A stretch of 63,884 nucleotides of DNA, the filler included, from Folioceros fuciformis (taxonomy: Eukaryota), in NCBI GenBank assembly GCA_049999805.1. It is 7 parts of 7 records of this genome, joined end to end, with 100 filler letters (N's around TTAATTAATTAA, not from the genome) between each part and the next. Parts side by side here need not be neighbours in the genome. Positions count along the whole stretch, not along the records: positions 1 to 25,153 come from JBNGIO010001057.1; 6 more parts are not named here. One strand, written 5' to 3'. Positions 10,246 through 23,142 of this stretch are shown here, piece by piece; positions within the stretch are counted from its first letter, which is position 1, and each line of letters starts with the position of its first letter. The notes beneath the pieces were generated by a model that made no database searches, had not been told where the DNA came from, and was given only the letters and a program-made list of their open reading frames with translations. A program made the position numbers and the translations under genes.

Positions 10246-13153
10246 CTACTGTTGGTAGTCAGTGATTTTGCGCTGCTTCTTGGAGGAGGGTGGTGAGCTA
10301 GCATTGCGCTTGGGCTTAGCCTTAGCCTTCTCCTTGGCCTCCTCGTTAGGCTTGGCAGGGTCTGCATTGTCCTGGAGTTCTCCATTGAGCATATCCAGCT
10401 GGTCATGTGAAGGACGCCCTCCTGTGGTCTTGTTCAGTGCATAGGCTGCACCCATTCTTGCTCGACAATCCTTGTTTGCAATTGCATGATCTATCACTGC
10501 ACATTGACATTAGGGAAGAGATGAGACTTGATGATGGCAGAGAGGATACCAAGAGACAGGACCGAGTCAAGAGGCGGGGGCCACCTGGCTTGGGATAATC
10601 CTTGCCAATAATGCACTTTGCTTTCCTTTGGACTTCAATAGGTGCTGTCCATGGCTCATAGATGTAGTGTTTCGGAAAGTCTGCTCAGCATGCACCAGAA
10701 GATGTCATGAAGTCATCCAGCTCGTAACGGTGAAGTCTGGTGTTTTGTGCCCCACCTTTAAGGATTGGGAGGAAGTGTTTGACGTATTTGCCATCGGGAT
10801 CGTACTTCTTCCCAAATGTTACTGGGGAGTATATCCGATGGTACTGGTGCAAAACATGAAGAGATAAGTCAGTTCCTGTTTGCATCGGGGTCCTGTCAGC
10901 CTTAGAGAGGTGTGGAAAGGAATATACGTTTGTGTACCTGAAAGAAAAATGCGGAGGCTGAAAGCCACATCCAGTTTCCGTTGTTGATGGACCAGTCGGC
11001 ATCAATCAACAGCCTGTCGAACACATCTCGACCCAATTCCCACGACACAAACTGCACGAAGAGCGAGACAAAATGCTCAGGGCTAAGGGTAAACAGGTCT
11101 GAGTTTGTTCCTTAAGATGCAGTACTTGACGTACCAAGTCCCCACGAGTAAGGAAGCAGGCAACAGCATGCCGAGCAAGATGATGCATCCAACCCCACTT
11201 CCTGAGCTGCAGGACGCAGGAGAAATCAACTGTCAGATCTCTCACTGATGAATCTTGCAATATCTGAGCTGAGGATTCATACCTTCAGAAAAACGAAGTC
11301 CATTACCTGAACCATGGCAGCATCTATCCAAGGATATCCAGTTTGGCCATCTCTCCACAAGCCCAGGAGATGATTGTCGTACTTCCAAGGAATCTGCAAT
11401 GACGTTGTTGGTAAGGAAGAGAGGTGCGCGAAAAGGAACACACATGCCTAGGACGCGTGAGCAGTTCTTCAAGGTACTCCGATCCAGCTAAGTAGGATGT
11501 GAACCTGCTTGCAGATGGCATTGCCTTCCATGGAGTCAAAGTGTGGCGTTCCGTATCCAACTGTGTAGAAAAACTCACGCCACAATAACTGCAGCACAGC
11601 ATCATACAAACTTGAATTCAAGTACAGAAAGGCAAAGACGGCACCCTGCCTGAGACAGAGGAAGGGAGACTTACTTGTCCTTCAAGGGACACAGGAGGTT
11701 TTGTGTGCGCCTTAGCATTAGAGTAAACTTCCTGGAGCCGTGAATAGAACAAGCGAGAAGAGAGACAGCCAAACTGCACGACAGAGCAAGATTATTTCAT
11801 TGAGTAAAACTACCTTTACAACACCACACATGGCATGGGTGTTAAGATTCTCAGATCAACATGAAGTACCTTCAGATAAGGAGACAAGACGGTGGTCGCC
11901 GGTTTGAGGAACGCAGTTGGGTCCCCCTTTGGCTTCTCAAACTTGCACACCCAATTCTACAGACACAGCAAGCTGAGCAAGCCAGCAATGACGACACGGG
12001 TTTCAAACACTACCAACCCCCAGCAACACGTCACAGGTGCAGAAGGGCAGTGCATGTACTTTATCAGCTAGGCTTTCCTCCAGCCTCTTCAAAGCCTCCG
12101 TCTCTCCTCCATGGAATGGGGTGAATTCCTGACACGCTCCACGATCAGAGGGTAATCCTGTTTTATAAAAGGAGCAGCAGCAAATAACATCACAACCAAA
12201 AGAATCACTTCTTCCTCACCCAGTTGAGATCACGATAACCGAGATCCTCCAAAGTCGGAACAGGGACCATGTCCACATCACTCAAATCGTCTGGGAGACC
12301 GGGCATACTGGCTGGAGCATCACCGATGGGAGGTGGCGGCTTGCCAAGCAGTTTGCAAAACGCTTGATATGTCAAAGGAGCGTGTCCACCATTCTACACA
12401 ACCACAACAAACTGTACATCAACGTACTCGTTCTCCTTAGGATTGAACGAAGACGCCTCCCATTCTTCACCACAAGATAGCACTCGGTTTGACCTTTCGG
12501 ATGGTGTCATTTGGATCGAAGAGCGTATGGCTCACAGGGCAATGTAGCTCCAGCCCAAATTTGCTTGCCATGTCCTGCAGGAAAGAATTGAGTACTGACA
12601 CACTGTGGACAGACTCATGACTGATCCTGAACGAGAGTCTGGCTAGCCCACCTTGATTTTGCCATCTCGTGTAACTGCATAGGGCTCCGTATCGTACTCA
12701 AAGCACAGTTTGCTGATCCTCCACTGCAGGAATCGTTCAAGAAAGCCGTGCCCACCAATCCCACTGCATTAAGTTCTGAGATCCTACGCAAACTGGCAGT
12801 GGTGAGCAAACAATACCGCAAACTCCCCGTTTCAAAGGAGGAAGCAAAGAGCTTACTTTCTCGATGAGAGTCGGAAGAAGTTCCACCGGATTGCCATGCA
12901 GGCAGAGAAGGCGCGACCCTCGCGTCTGCAGTCTCAATTCCAAGTCCTTTAACGACTCCAAGAGAAATCGAATACGGTTCACCCCACAATGCTTTGAGCC
13001 TGGGGACGGTGCTGTGGGATCCGGAGCCAAGAAGTAGGGGTCCAAGATGAAGAGAGGGAACACATGCTTGGTTTCATCACAAGCGATGTGTAGAGCTGGG
13101 TTATCATGTAGCCTCAGGCCCTTGCGGAACCAGAGTATGGCTCTCGACTCCAT
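10246..13153 (-). CDS. UVR3: (6-4) DNA photolyase, multi-exon
   Basis: [87 protein letters not shown] and YIYEPWTAP, linked by GT-AG introns. Confidence 0.95.
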
Positions 13154-13785
13154 GTCTCACATTTCGTGCTGTCTCTGCTCCATCACCCGGGGAAGCTGTG
13201 TCAGATTCATTCCCCCTCAAGTGAGAGCTTGCGTACACCCCGTATCAAGAAGCTCGAGGCAGGCTGTTCATGTGGACGTGATCAGCCAGGTGAAGAAGAC
13301 ACAGCCACAAAGGGCTGGGTTGAGCTATGCGCAATTCTCGGAGAGCTCAATAGGAGTGACGTAGCATCCGCGGATCCGGGCAGGTTGGCATGTCACTAAT
13401 TGTAAAGCAATGAGTGCTGGAAAGTGATGCAGGAATGTGTGCTTAGAGTCTACTGAATGCCCAGCTGGCACCAGTAGCAGATGCAAGTGCAGTTGCAAAT
13501 CATGACACCGAGAGACCATGTTGCATAAATGTGTATCCACTAGTGCCTCATGCTGTACATATTCTTGCAGGCCAATTCTACACAACACCCACACGATTAT
13601 CGCAAGAAGTCACAAGCCATTGCAAAGTTCGGAGTGAGAATTTCTAACCATGCCCACCGTGGGCACTGACAGTGCTGCGAGTCTCTTCTCTTTGCTTGAG
13701 GCTCTTTCTTCTTGCCTTCCTGCTACTACACTGAACACAAAACTGGTAGGATGGATTCTGGTTTTGGTTCCCAACTCCACTTCCC

Positions 13786-14394
13786 CTACAAAATCTCAGG
13801 AACACCTCCTTCGGTCAGCAGCTTATGCTCCGACGGGTTCGCCACGGCCTCGTACACAATTGTGGTGACAGCATCCCTCTTGTTCTGCGTTCCTTCCCCT
13901 TTCAACCCGATGAAGTGGATGCGGGAAGATGCAGCCCCATAATTTTCCGGGAAATGCAGAGTGATGTTGGCCACTCCCTGGAAGCGAGGGTACTTGGTGG
14001 GGTACTCTAGCTCCCCTCGCAAATTTTCCGCAATCTCCCACTCCTGCACCGGCGTCAGGTCCCAAGCATTGGAGAAATCAATGTCCTGCCTGTTCAGAAA
14101 CGCTCTCATCTTGGCAGGGCTGCTGCCCTCTGCACCGCCCACCACAGCAATGCTCTTGATCTTGACGTCGCTCGTGAAAGGGATGAAGACGATGAGCTCA
14201 GCGTCGTCCGCATTGCTCTCCAAGGGCGCGGAACCCAGGTCCAGCCGCTTCTCCCACGGCTTGATCACAGACTTGGCGCTGCCCTCCACCGCCTCGTTCA
14301 GTGCCCACACCTTGGTCTTGTCCACGAACTCGTAGAGCGACCACTCCTTGGCACACTCATGCTGCGCGCAGTCATGCTGATGGGTGCAGGCCAT
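13786..14394 (-). CDS. PITHD1: PITH domain-containing protein 1, intronless
   Basis: 202-aa ORF with N-terminal H/C motif MACTHQHDCAQHEC, LESNADDAELIVFIPFTSDVKIKSI and VYEAVANPSEH. Confidence 0.92.
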   Translation of the reverse strand: MACTHQHDCAQHECAKEWSLYEFVDKTKVWALNEAVEGSAKSVIKPWEKRLDLGSAPLESNADDAELIVFIPFTSDVKIKSIAVVGGAEGSSPAKMRAFLNRQDIDFSNAWDLTPVQEWEIAENLRGELEYPTKYPRFQGVANITLHFPENYGAASSRIHFIGLKGEGTQNKRDAVTTIVYEAVANPSEHKLLTEGGVPEIL

Positions 14395-14781
14395 GGCAGC
14401 TGGATCGAGTCAATCCGGTAAACCCAGATCAGGATCGGGTGGATTCTGCAGAAACACGCATGAAGACAAAAATCAAACGCTTCCAAGCCGGAGCCGAAGG
14501 ATCCAGAAACTCGGTTTTGACCTAGCGTTGCCCTAGGCCTGCGAATGCCACGGTCCGCTACCGTCGAAATTCAAGGTTGCTGAGTTTCCATACTCCGGCA
14601 GGAGTGGGTGGGAGTCGGCAATTTCGATATGAGCTGCTCCTAGTTTGGGGCGCGCATTGCTTGACTCGGGCCTCCATTATGGTGTTCCACGAGTCTGCAA
14701 CCTGCCTCGCCTCCTCTTCCGGCCTCCTCTGTTTTAGCTCCAACAGATTCTGAGCACTCAGAAGTGTGTTCGAGTAGGAGG

Positions 14782-17700
14782 ATGAAGATGGATGTGACTG
14801 GGGCTGTTCCTGAGGTGTTCTCTGTGAGCTCATGTTGCAATGCAGCTGCTTCCATCAGCTCGAAGGAGGTGTCCGTTTTCGTGAGGCCTATAGTGGCTGG
14901 TTTGGAGTGGAGGCAGCGGAGGACTCCCTGGCTGACTGTAAATGCATCTCACAGACAGGGAGGCAGGCTGAGACTTGCAGCTTTCCCTCGCCAGAAGATG
15001 CGACAGGTGCAATGGCGGAGACGTGGGATGCACCGAACTGTGTTTGCCGCCGCCTCTCCCCTAGGCAAGAAAGAATTTGTAAGCGAGATTCCGCCGGAGG
15101 AAAACGATGTTTATGCACAGCAGACTTGGCATAGGGTGTCTCTGGAGAGGTGCTTCCATCCTTCTGCACAGTGTTTGATTTCAAAGGAATGTTGTTCAGT
15201 GCTTTTGTTTGTGGTTTCTGAGCAGAGTTTGATGTGCGTCTGTTGTTTTTCTCAAAGGATTCCTGTTGTTCTGGATGTGTGATTTTTTGGCAGTCCAGGT
15301 TTGAAGAGCCGCTGCTCTTGGGTCTGCCTGTGAGAGTGTTCGTTGATGAGGAGTTGAAGAGGATTGTCTCGGAGGATCGATTGGAGGAGGGTTTACTACT
15401 TTTGCACGAGAAAGGTGCGCAGGCCTCTATCAGTGTGTTTGCCCACCTGTTGCAGCTGTGTATCAAGTTGGCTGACGTGCGCAAGGGCAAGAAAGTGCAT
15501 GACGCCATCGTCAAGAGGGGCTTGGAAAACAATGACTACTTGATGAGCACTCTTGTCCGCATGTACGCCCAGGCTGGTTTGATGAGAGATGCTAACCTGG
15601 TATTTGAGAAGACAGTGAAGAAGAGTGCGTTTTGCTGGACTGCACTTGCTGAGGGTCATGCCAAGCTTGGACAGTTTGAGGAAGCTATAAAAGTGATTGA
15701 GAGAATGGACGCGGCGGATGTTGAGCCGAATAGTTACAGTTTTGTCACGGCGTTGAAAGCCTGTGTTGGGATGGGGGCCTGGGATCGAGGGCAGCAAATT
15801 TATGAGATGACGGTGGGCAATGAGCTAGAAACGGATGCGCACGTTGCGTCTGCTATCATTGATCTGTATGCCCGGTGTGGAAGGATGCAGCAAGCACAGG
15901 CGGTGTTCGACAAGGTTACTGAGCGGGATGTTGTGTTGTGGAGTACTCTGATAAGAGGATACATAGATCATGGGAACCCTAGGAAAGCTCTCAGCCTTTA
16001 TGATTCGATGATAGAAGCAAAGACAAATCCAGATGCCTACACCTTTTCTAGCCTCCTGAAAGCCTGTGCTATGTTACAGGATCTTGACCGTGGGGTCGAA
16101 ATCCATGAAAAAATAATATCCTGTGGCATGGCAGAAGATTCGTTTGTCGGTGGTGGACTTGTGGATATGTATGCCAAATGCGGGAGCTTGGAGAAAGCTC
16201 AACTAGTGTTTGACAATCTACCCAGCCAGAACGTGTTTGCTTTCACTGCGATGATCTTTGCATTGGCAGAAGAAGGTTTCCCTGAAGCAGGGCTGACTCT
16301 GTTCAAGGAGATGCACAAGAACGGCCCAAGGCCCAATGAGCTGGCATTCTGTAGTGCCATTAAGGCTTGTGCAGAACTTGGTAAGTTGCGAGAGGCCAGA
16401 CAGGTTCACTCATGGATCAGGGAGTGTGGGTTGTATGCAAGCTTAGTCCTCGCTTGTCCGCTCATTGACATGTTTGCGAAATGCGGCAGCCTGAGAGATG
16501 CATACAATGTTTTCAACAACATGACTGAAAAGAATATGATGTCCTGGAATGCGGTTAATGCCGCTTTTGCTGAGCTGACCGATCCTGAAGCAGAGCTGAA
16601 GAAGTTTGAGGAGTTGCGGCAAAAGGGTGGAGTGCCAGATAAGTTCTCCTGTTCAATCATCCTCAAAGCATGTGTCACTCTTGATGCAGATACCTATGGA
16701 AGGTGGATCTCTGAACACATACACAAGCAGGGGTACGATTCAGAGCTCTACATCAGCTGCACCCTTATAGAAATGTTCTGCAAGTTTGGTGACCTGAAAG
16801 CCGCACTTCCTGTTTTTGAGAAATGGCGTGATGGACATGTAGCCATTTGGAATTCAATGATTGCTGGGTATGCACAACTGGATCAGGTGGAGGATGTTAT
16901 TAACCTGTTTGATCAGATGCAAGTCAATGGTTTTAAACCAGACACGATGACCATGATGGCTGCCCTTAAAGCGTGTTCAAGCGCACAAGATTTGGAGAAA
17001 GGCAAGAAGATCCAGAAATATGTCGCAGAGCATCCTTCTTTGATGGATTCTTACGTTGGTAATGCCATTTTGGATGTGTATGTCAAGTGCGGGGCCATGG
17101 AGGAGGCGAAAGAAGTTTTTAACAGCCTTGGCCAGAGGACTGTTGTATCTTGGACAACCATGATCTCGGGACATGTGAAGGATGATAACCCTGAGATGGC
17201 ACTGAAACTGTTTGACGAGATGCAAGCGGCTGGCATTCGTCCGGATGAAGCTACGTTCGTGAACGTTATCAAAGCTTGCACCCAGTTGTCACTCCTGGAG
17301 AAAGGCAAAATAGTGCACGCCGAAATACGGGAACGCAACTTTGAGTCGAATATAGCTGTGGGCAGCACCCTCATTGACATGTATGGAAAGTGTGGGAGCA
17401 TAGAGGATGCCCAGACTGTATTTGATTTGTTGCCTGAGCGAGACGTGGTGGCTTGGACCGCATTGATCTCAGGCTATGCACATCAAGGTCAGTTAGAGGA
17501 TTCTCTGATATTGTTTGCGAGGATGGAGCAGGAAGGAGTGACGCCAAATGAGGTCACGTTTACTACCATCCTCTCAGCCTGCAGCCATGTAGGGGAAGTT
17601 GACAAGGGCTTCCACTATTTCAAGCAGATGATGGAAGTATATCGTCTGCAGCCGACGGTGCAGCACTACGCCTGCCTGGTCGACGCCCTGGGCCGTGGGG

Positions 17701-18494
17701 GCCATATTGTGGAGGCTTTGAACCTGATCAAGAGCATGCCCCTTGACCCTGGTCTCCCTATTTGGATGAGCCTGCTTGCTGCTTGCAGGAAACACTCAAA
17801 TGTGGAGATCGGGACCCTTGCATACGAGAACATCCTCAAGATAGACGCAACAAATCCGTCTCCTTACCTCTTGATGGCGAATATATATGCCTCGGCTGGG
17901 AGATTGGATGACTCTGCTAGGGTTACGAAGGAGATGGAGGATGTGGCAGCGAAGAAGGAGCCAGGCTCCTCCTGGATTGAGTACGCGGGACATGTGCAGT
18001 CATTTGTTGCTGGAGGGATGACATATCCGGACTGTGAGTGGATATATGATTCGTTAGACGAACTGAGTAGCCAATTGGAGGGAGGGAGAAAACTCGAATC
18101 CGGCGGTGCAAAGAGCGGAGACGTGAATCCTGTGCAAGTTGAGGCGGAGAGTCGGGAACCAGACGATTCGCAAAGTGATGAAGAAGCAAACGATGCGGAA
18201 GGGGAGGTAGCAAATTCGGGAAGGGAGGTAGAATCAGATGATGCGGCTGTGGAGGTAGAAGCTCTTCAGAAAGAAGGGAAAGCGGACATCGTTGAATCAA
18301 CCAGCTCCGAAGAGGAGACCAGTGACACCAAGGTAGGTGATAAAGAGACGCCGGTAGAAAGAGTTGAATCGGACGAGTTGCAATTGAACAACGTGCAGCT
18401 AGAGGTAGGAAGTATTGACTTAGAGCGTCCACGAGTGAAGATTGAGAACCTAGACTCAGCCTCGGAATTGCAGATAGAAAGCATTGCGATCTAA
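14782..18494 (+). CDS. PLS-class PPR protein, E+ type with acidic C-terminal tail; exons 14782-15149 and 15299-18494
   Basis: Repeated P-L-S motifs (VDMYAKCGSLEKAQLVFD), P2-L2-S2, E1/E2 and PG box KKEPGSSWIE, with no HxE/CxxC deaminase. Exon 1 is Arg-rich and transit-peptide-like. A phase-2 GT-AG intron restores the frame. Confidence 0.92.
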
Positions 18495-18757
18495 ACATAA
18501 TGTATACGGTAATAATACACACGTTAGTGAGTCACTTCCGCGGATTAGTGTGATAGTAACTAGTTCTGTACCTCCTCTGTGCCAAATTAATGTTCTAGCA
18601 ACCCAATTTCCACAAACTTAACCAGGAACATTGATTAAAAAAGTTCTCTATCGATTTTTAGGCTATAATAATAGGCAAATGCAGGAGAACGCGTGCGAAG
18701 ACATGAATCCGTCTACACAATCGAGTGGTCTCGACAAAAGCACAGTTCTGAAAGATG

Positions 18758-19888
18758 TCATGTAGACCCCAATTCTTTTAGCTTGCTCCCTATCTTCAGA
18801 TGTAGTGTCTCCCAAAAGGATGGAACCATGCCAACCTCTGGTAGTTGCTCTGGTTGCTCTGCCTGTTCGGATTTTCTGGAATCAAATTTAGGCCTTACGA
18901 GGCCCCCCTCCCATCCCTCGATGATAGGCTCCTTGGGAACTGCGATGTCTGCATCTTCCTCAGCATCACTCCAAATAGGACCCTCCCATGCTCTAGTATG
19001 ACTCCCTCCTTCTTCCATTAGTCGTCTCCCTCTGAAATTTGTGGATCTCTTCTTCTTCTCAGTCTGCTTATGGACCTGCTCAAGGGAAGCACGTGCCTCT
19101 GCTAGCTTTGCGCCTGGACTTCTCTCTCCTGCCTTGTGCACCGAGTTGGGTCTCTGGAGACCTGGGGGCCTCCTCAGTCTCGGAGGTTTCTTTCCATTGA
19201 ACCTGGGGTCGATGACTTGCTCAGGATTTGCGATTCTCAGCTCTGCAAAAACTGGCTCACAAGTCCCCTGCGCATACTTGATGCAACTCTCCTTTGAAGC
19301 AGCCAGGCAGGCCATCATCTCCCTCTCCTCACAGGCCTCCCTCTCTGACTCCTCTGCAGCAGAAATTTTGTAAAATGGGAGCATGGTTTTCCACCACGGG
19401 GGTTTGCATATGTTGGCTGCACTGATTGAACAACCCATTCTTGCTCCAGTCTGAAAAAACTGTAGAGTTAAGGCACAAAACTGCAGAGCTGCGAGAAGTT
19501 AGTGACTTCAGAACCAAATATCAAAAGCTTCCACCCCTCTCAGGGAGGATACCTCGCACTGAGCAGCCACTTTGTCCTCACATCTGCGCCAAGCTCGTCG
19601 CCAGCTGTCCTCGTCCTTGAAGGCAAGCACATAGGGCCCCTTGTGAGGATCATCATCCTCACCAGCAGGCAATGGCACTCTCAGCAGGGGGAGCACAGTC
19701 TCAAAAGCAACAGTCGTGACTGCGGGTGAAAGATCCACTGGCCCTGATGGCAATTGCTTGATGTCCTCCTTCCCTGCACACTCCAGTCTGGACCATGACG
19801 ACTCAAGACCATAACGCTCACATCCACAATAGAACTCAATTTGGATTATGTACGAGGACTAACCTGGCAGATCAGGAGGTCCAGCCAT
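18758..19888 (-). CDS. Conserved plant protein of unknown function; exons 19864-19888, 19553-19773, 18758-19450
   Basis: The spliced product includes PYVLAFKDEDSWRRAWRRCEDKVAAQCE|TGARMGCSISAANICKPPWW...CEEREMMACLAASKESC, a Cys pattern I recognise from an uncharacterised land-plant family. Confidence 0.75.
19451..19552 (-). other. U12-type (minor spliceosome) GT-AG intron
   Basis: Donor GTATCCTC, branch point GCCTTAAC at 19474-19467 ending 16 nt before the 3' splice site. Removing it keeps the frame. Confidence 0.8.
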
Positions 19889-20788
19889 CTACGTTGTCCA
19901 GGACTTAGAGCTCCATTGCCCGGTTGCGGATCCAGCCCTTAAACCCTAGGTCTTCCAATCCCGCCAGATGGAAGTGATAACAATTGGAGGCCACGTGCCT
20001 CCAGCCCTAAAGGTCTATACAGATTTGGTGCGATTGGCAGCTGGCAATGCCAACCTATCCTTGCCCCCCTCCTCATTCCTCATGCGAGGACTCTGTGACG
20101 ATCGCTGAAGACATGTTCCTTTGATATCTGTCCATTCTTTGAATCTGTAAGTTCTGGCTTCGTCCAACATTTGTCTCCCAGGCTGGTTGCGCAGCTGCGT
20201 CACTGGCATGTGCCCTCGTGCGAGGAATTCATGTGTCTTGGATCTGGGCTCAATTATGTTGGCAGGGTGCTCTGCTGATACTGGACCATGAGCAACTGGG
20301 GGACACTTCGGATCATTTTGGGCACTTTGGCTGGTGGCGCCATTGGGTTCAAAGTAATGCATAGCGTTGAGGAAAGTTACAAGGTACCCCCTGTCTGCGC
20401 AGCATCCTGTGTTTTGGTCAGTCAGCTTCAATACCAGGAAGGCAGCTTTGGTGTTTAGGAAGGACATCACAAGCCTGGCGGCGGAGTCCAGCTGACTTAT
20501 GTGCATCCAGTTGCAGTAATCAGTACAAGGATTGTGGGTGGAATTCTCGGGAGCCCTGTGTCATCGAGGGTTACTAATGGTTTCCATTCCGATTGCTGCA
20601 GGAGAGGATAAGACAAGAGATTGCCAAGCTTCCGAAGGAAGACGTTGTTGAGGATAGGCCGGTAGAAGGTGACGGAGCACGGCTCTGACCACCGACTGCT
20701 TGGTCCTAGTCTTGTTTAGAGGAATTCTACAAGTATATCCCAGAGTGCTGGTGTCGTTGCACAAGTGCGTCCGTTGCATGTGATCAAG

Positions 20789-22590
20789 ATGTTGCTTCAT
20801 TTCTCAGATCCTGCGAAGTTGAAGACACGGAAAGTAATGCTCTTCATTCTTTTTCGTCAGTTCTGCAAGTTTGTTGCAAAGTGATGTAGTGGCCCTCTCA
20901 TGTCTTCCCAAAAATCGAACTCAAGAAATGAAGGACTGGTTGTACCCTTCTGCAGGTGGTCTTCGAGGAAACGTACTATGCCCGAGACTCTGGTACCCTC
21001 GAACAGTTGAAGGAGCTAAGTAGCAAAAGAAAAGCGATTGAAGAATCAATTAATGGCGTCAGTCAAATTGCAGCTGCCATAGCAAGAGAAATGGCAGGTG
21101 GGGTCACATCTCCAGTCTTGCAGGTAGGTACTTGGCCTCGGCACTTATACATTGGGAGAGCTCCAATCAGTTCTTTCTTTGGCTGAAATGTGAAGTGCTG
21201 AAATGAGCTAGTGTAAAGTCTTCCCGCAAGTCTACCCTGTTGCAAGTACGAAGCATGACTTTTGTGGTGCTCCCTTGTAGGACATTCAGCGGGTAGAACG
21301 CTACCTGCCACACATGGAGAACCTGCTCGTGCGAGTTGAGGATCAAAAGGAAAACGAGCAAATACTTCAGTGGACTATAGAGTTGAGAATCAGGTGGACA
21401 AGTCCTTTGAGTGGTTACAGTGGCATGAGCCTGGGTGGCCCAAAGTATTTCCGCGTGGATGACCTTCGATTTGAGCTGGGGATGATGTTGTTTCTATATG
21501 GAGCTCTTCTGAGAGAACGGGCAATGGAAGTGCTTGAATCAGGTGGTGGATCTGCAAGGCCTTTTTTGTCCTTTCATTGTATCGCCCTGAACAGCAGACA
21601 ACCATCTGAAATGGTAGGCAATCCTGATGTCAGATTTGGGTTCTGTTCCAGATTTGGTGGAATCTGCAGCCTTGTTTAGACGGGCGGCTGGTGTTTATCA
21701 GCACCTGGCGGAGACTTTGTTACCTGTCCCGCAGTCGGCTTTGTCTGGTGAAAGGCCCCCAGAAGCAACGGCGTCGATGGCCTCCATTATGAGCTTAATA
21801 TGCTTGGCAGAAGCACAGGTTTGCCCTTGTGTCCATGGGTTCTTGCAGCTCAACAAGGCATGTCTACGGTGGTGGTCTGGTTTTCACAAGAATGTATCTA
21901 CTGTTCCAGGCTGTTACTGTACGAAAAGCAGAGGAGAAGGCAACAAGTGGGGGCCTTTTAGCAAAGCTGCACTATGGGGTGGTACAAATTCTGGAGGAAG
22001 TGAACCTGGTGCTGCAGTCCAGTGCCTCCGACTGGAACGACGTCTCGGACAAACTCCGGGTAGGCTTCATGTATTTGTTTTATGAAACTCTACATCTCTT
22101 GCCGGAGATGCTTCTGGATTTGACTTGGTATGCTGTAGCTCTAGCTAACTTCTGCTTCCAGAGATACATAGCCATCTGCTCTGCTTTGCACGAAGCAAGG
22201 AGCCAAAGATACATCGCTAATGAGCTGAAGGAGCAAGAAAAGTTGGGAGTAGCAATTGGGGTCCTGAGATATGCCATGAGCAGGATACAGCTACAAAAAA
22301 TTCCGGGTCTGTGGCTGTCGATGAGCACTAATTTCTGGTTTAACAGTCTCACGTACACAGGAACTGAGAATCGTACTCCTGCAGGTGAGGATGACTGGAG
22401 AATAATCTTGAGGCAAGAAACGGATGCCCTGGCCGAGATGTGCCGCAAATTTGAGCATGAAAATGACTTCGTATGGCGAGAGAAGATCCCCCTTCGAGAT
22501 GATTTGCCCGTCCTGGAAGGCAGAAAGATAGTGAACCCGACTCCATACCAGCCGTGTGGTTTGGACAGAGAATTCATTTTCGTTACGTGA
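20789..22590 (+). CDS. BRO1-domain protein (BROX-like), multi-exon
   Basis: MLLHFSDPAKLKTRK|VVFEETYYARDSGTLEQLKELSSKRK, DDLRFELGMMLFLYGALLRE, SAALFRRAAGVY, SLICLAEAQ|AVTVRKAEEK, KLGVAIGVLR and FEHENDFVWREKIP. Confidence 0.88.
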
Positions 22591-23142
22591 CGCTAATAAA
22601 CAGGAAAGTATCAGGCCGTCTTTATAGACATACGTGGGATGTGCGTCAAATGTAGTCTTGGAAATACATATTTCAATACTGAAGAGGTGTACGGATGGAC
22701 CTCAATGTGCTGGCCGCTGGCCGCTGGCCGCCGGACATTGTCGTAGTATTCGGCACGCTTGATGACGCACTATAGACAACAGGGCCCCATGTCTGGCTCT
22801 CCTGCCAAACCCCTCTCTCCGACGTTGTGATACGGAAGCGTATTATGCACAAATGTGGCCTGAGGAAGTTCATTGATCGGCCGACCAGATCCGACATCCA
22901 ACTAGACACATGCAGAAGTGAAAGTCCTGGCTGTGGAGAGCAGCCGCTCGAATTAGAGCCGGCACTGGGCCGCAAAAACGATGAAGAGGCTGATAGAGAC
23001 CAGCGCAGCAACCAGCTTGGTCATGCCTGCCATGCCAAGCGGCTCCAGCAGAAGTGAGGCCGTCGGTGACTGCACATGACACAAAGCGTTGGACGTAAGA
23101 TGAAATCCTCCCTCGAAGCTGGCGGTCTTGTGCTGCAAATTC

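Noticed and set aside
19941-19997. Telo-box AAACCCTA and G-box CACGTG; also a lone TTTCCCGC at 24002 and telomere-like repeats at 29707-29730
   Set aside because: Short motifs expected by chance in 64 kb, without supporting context.
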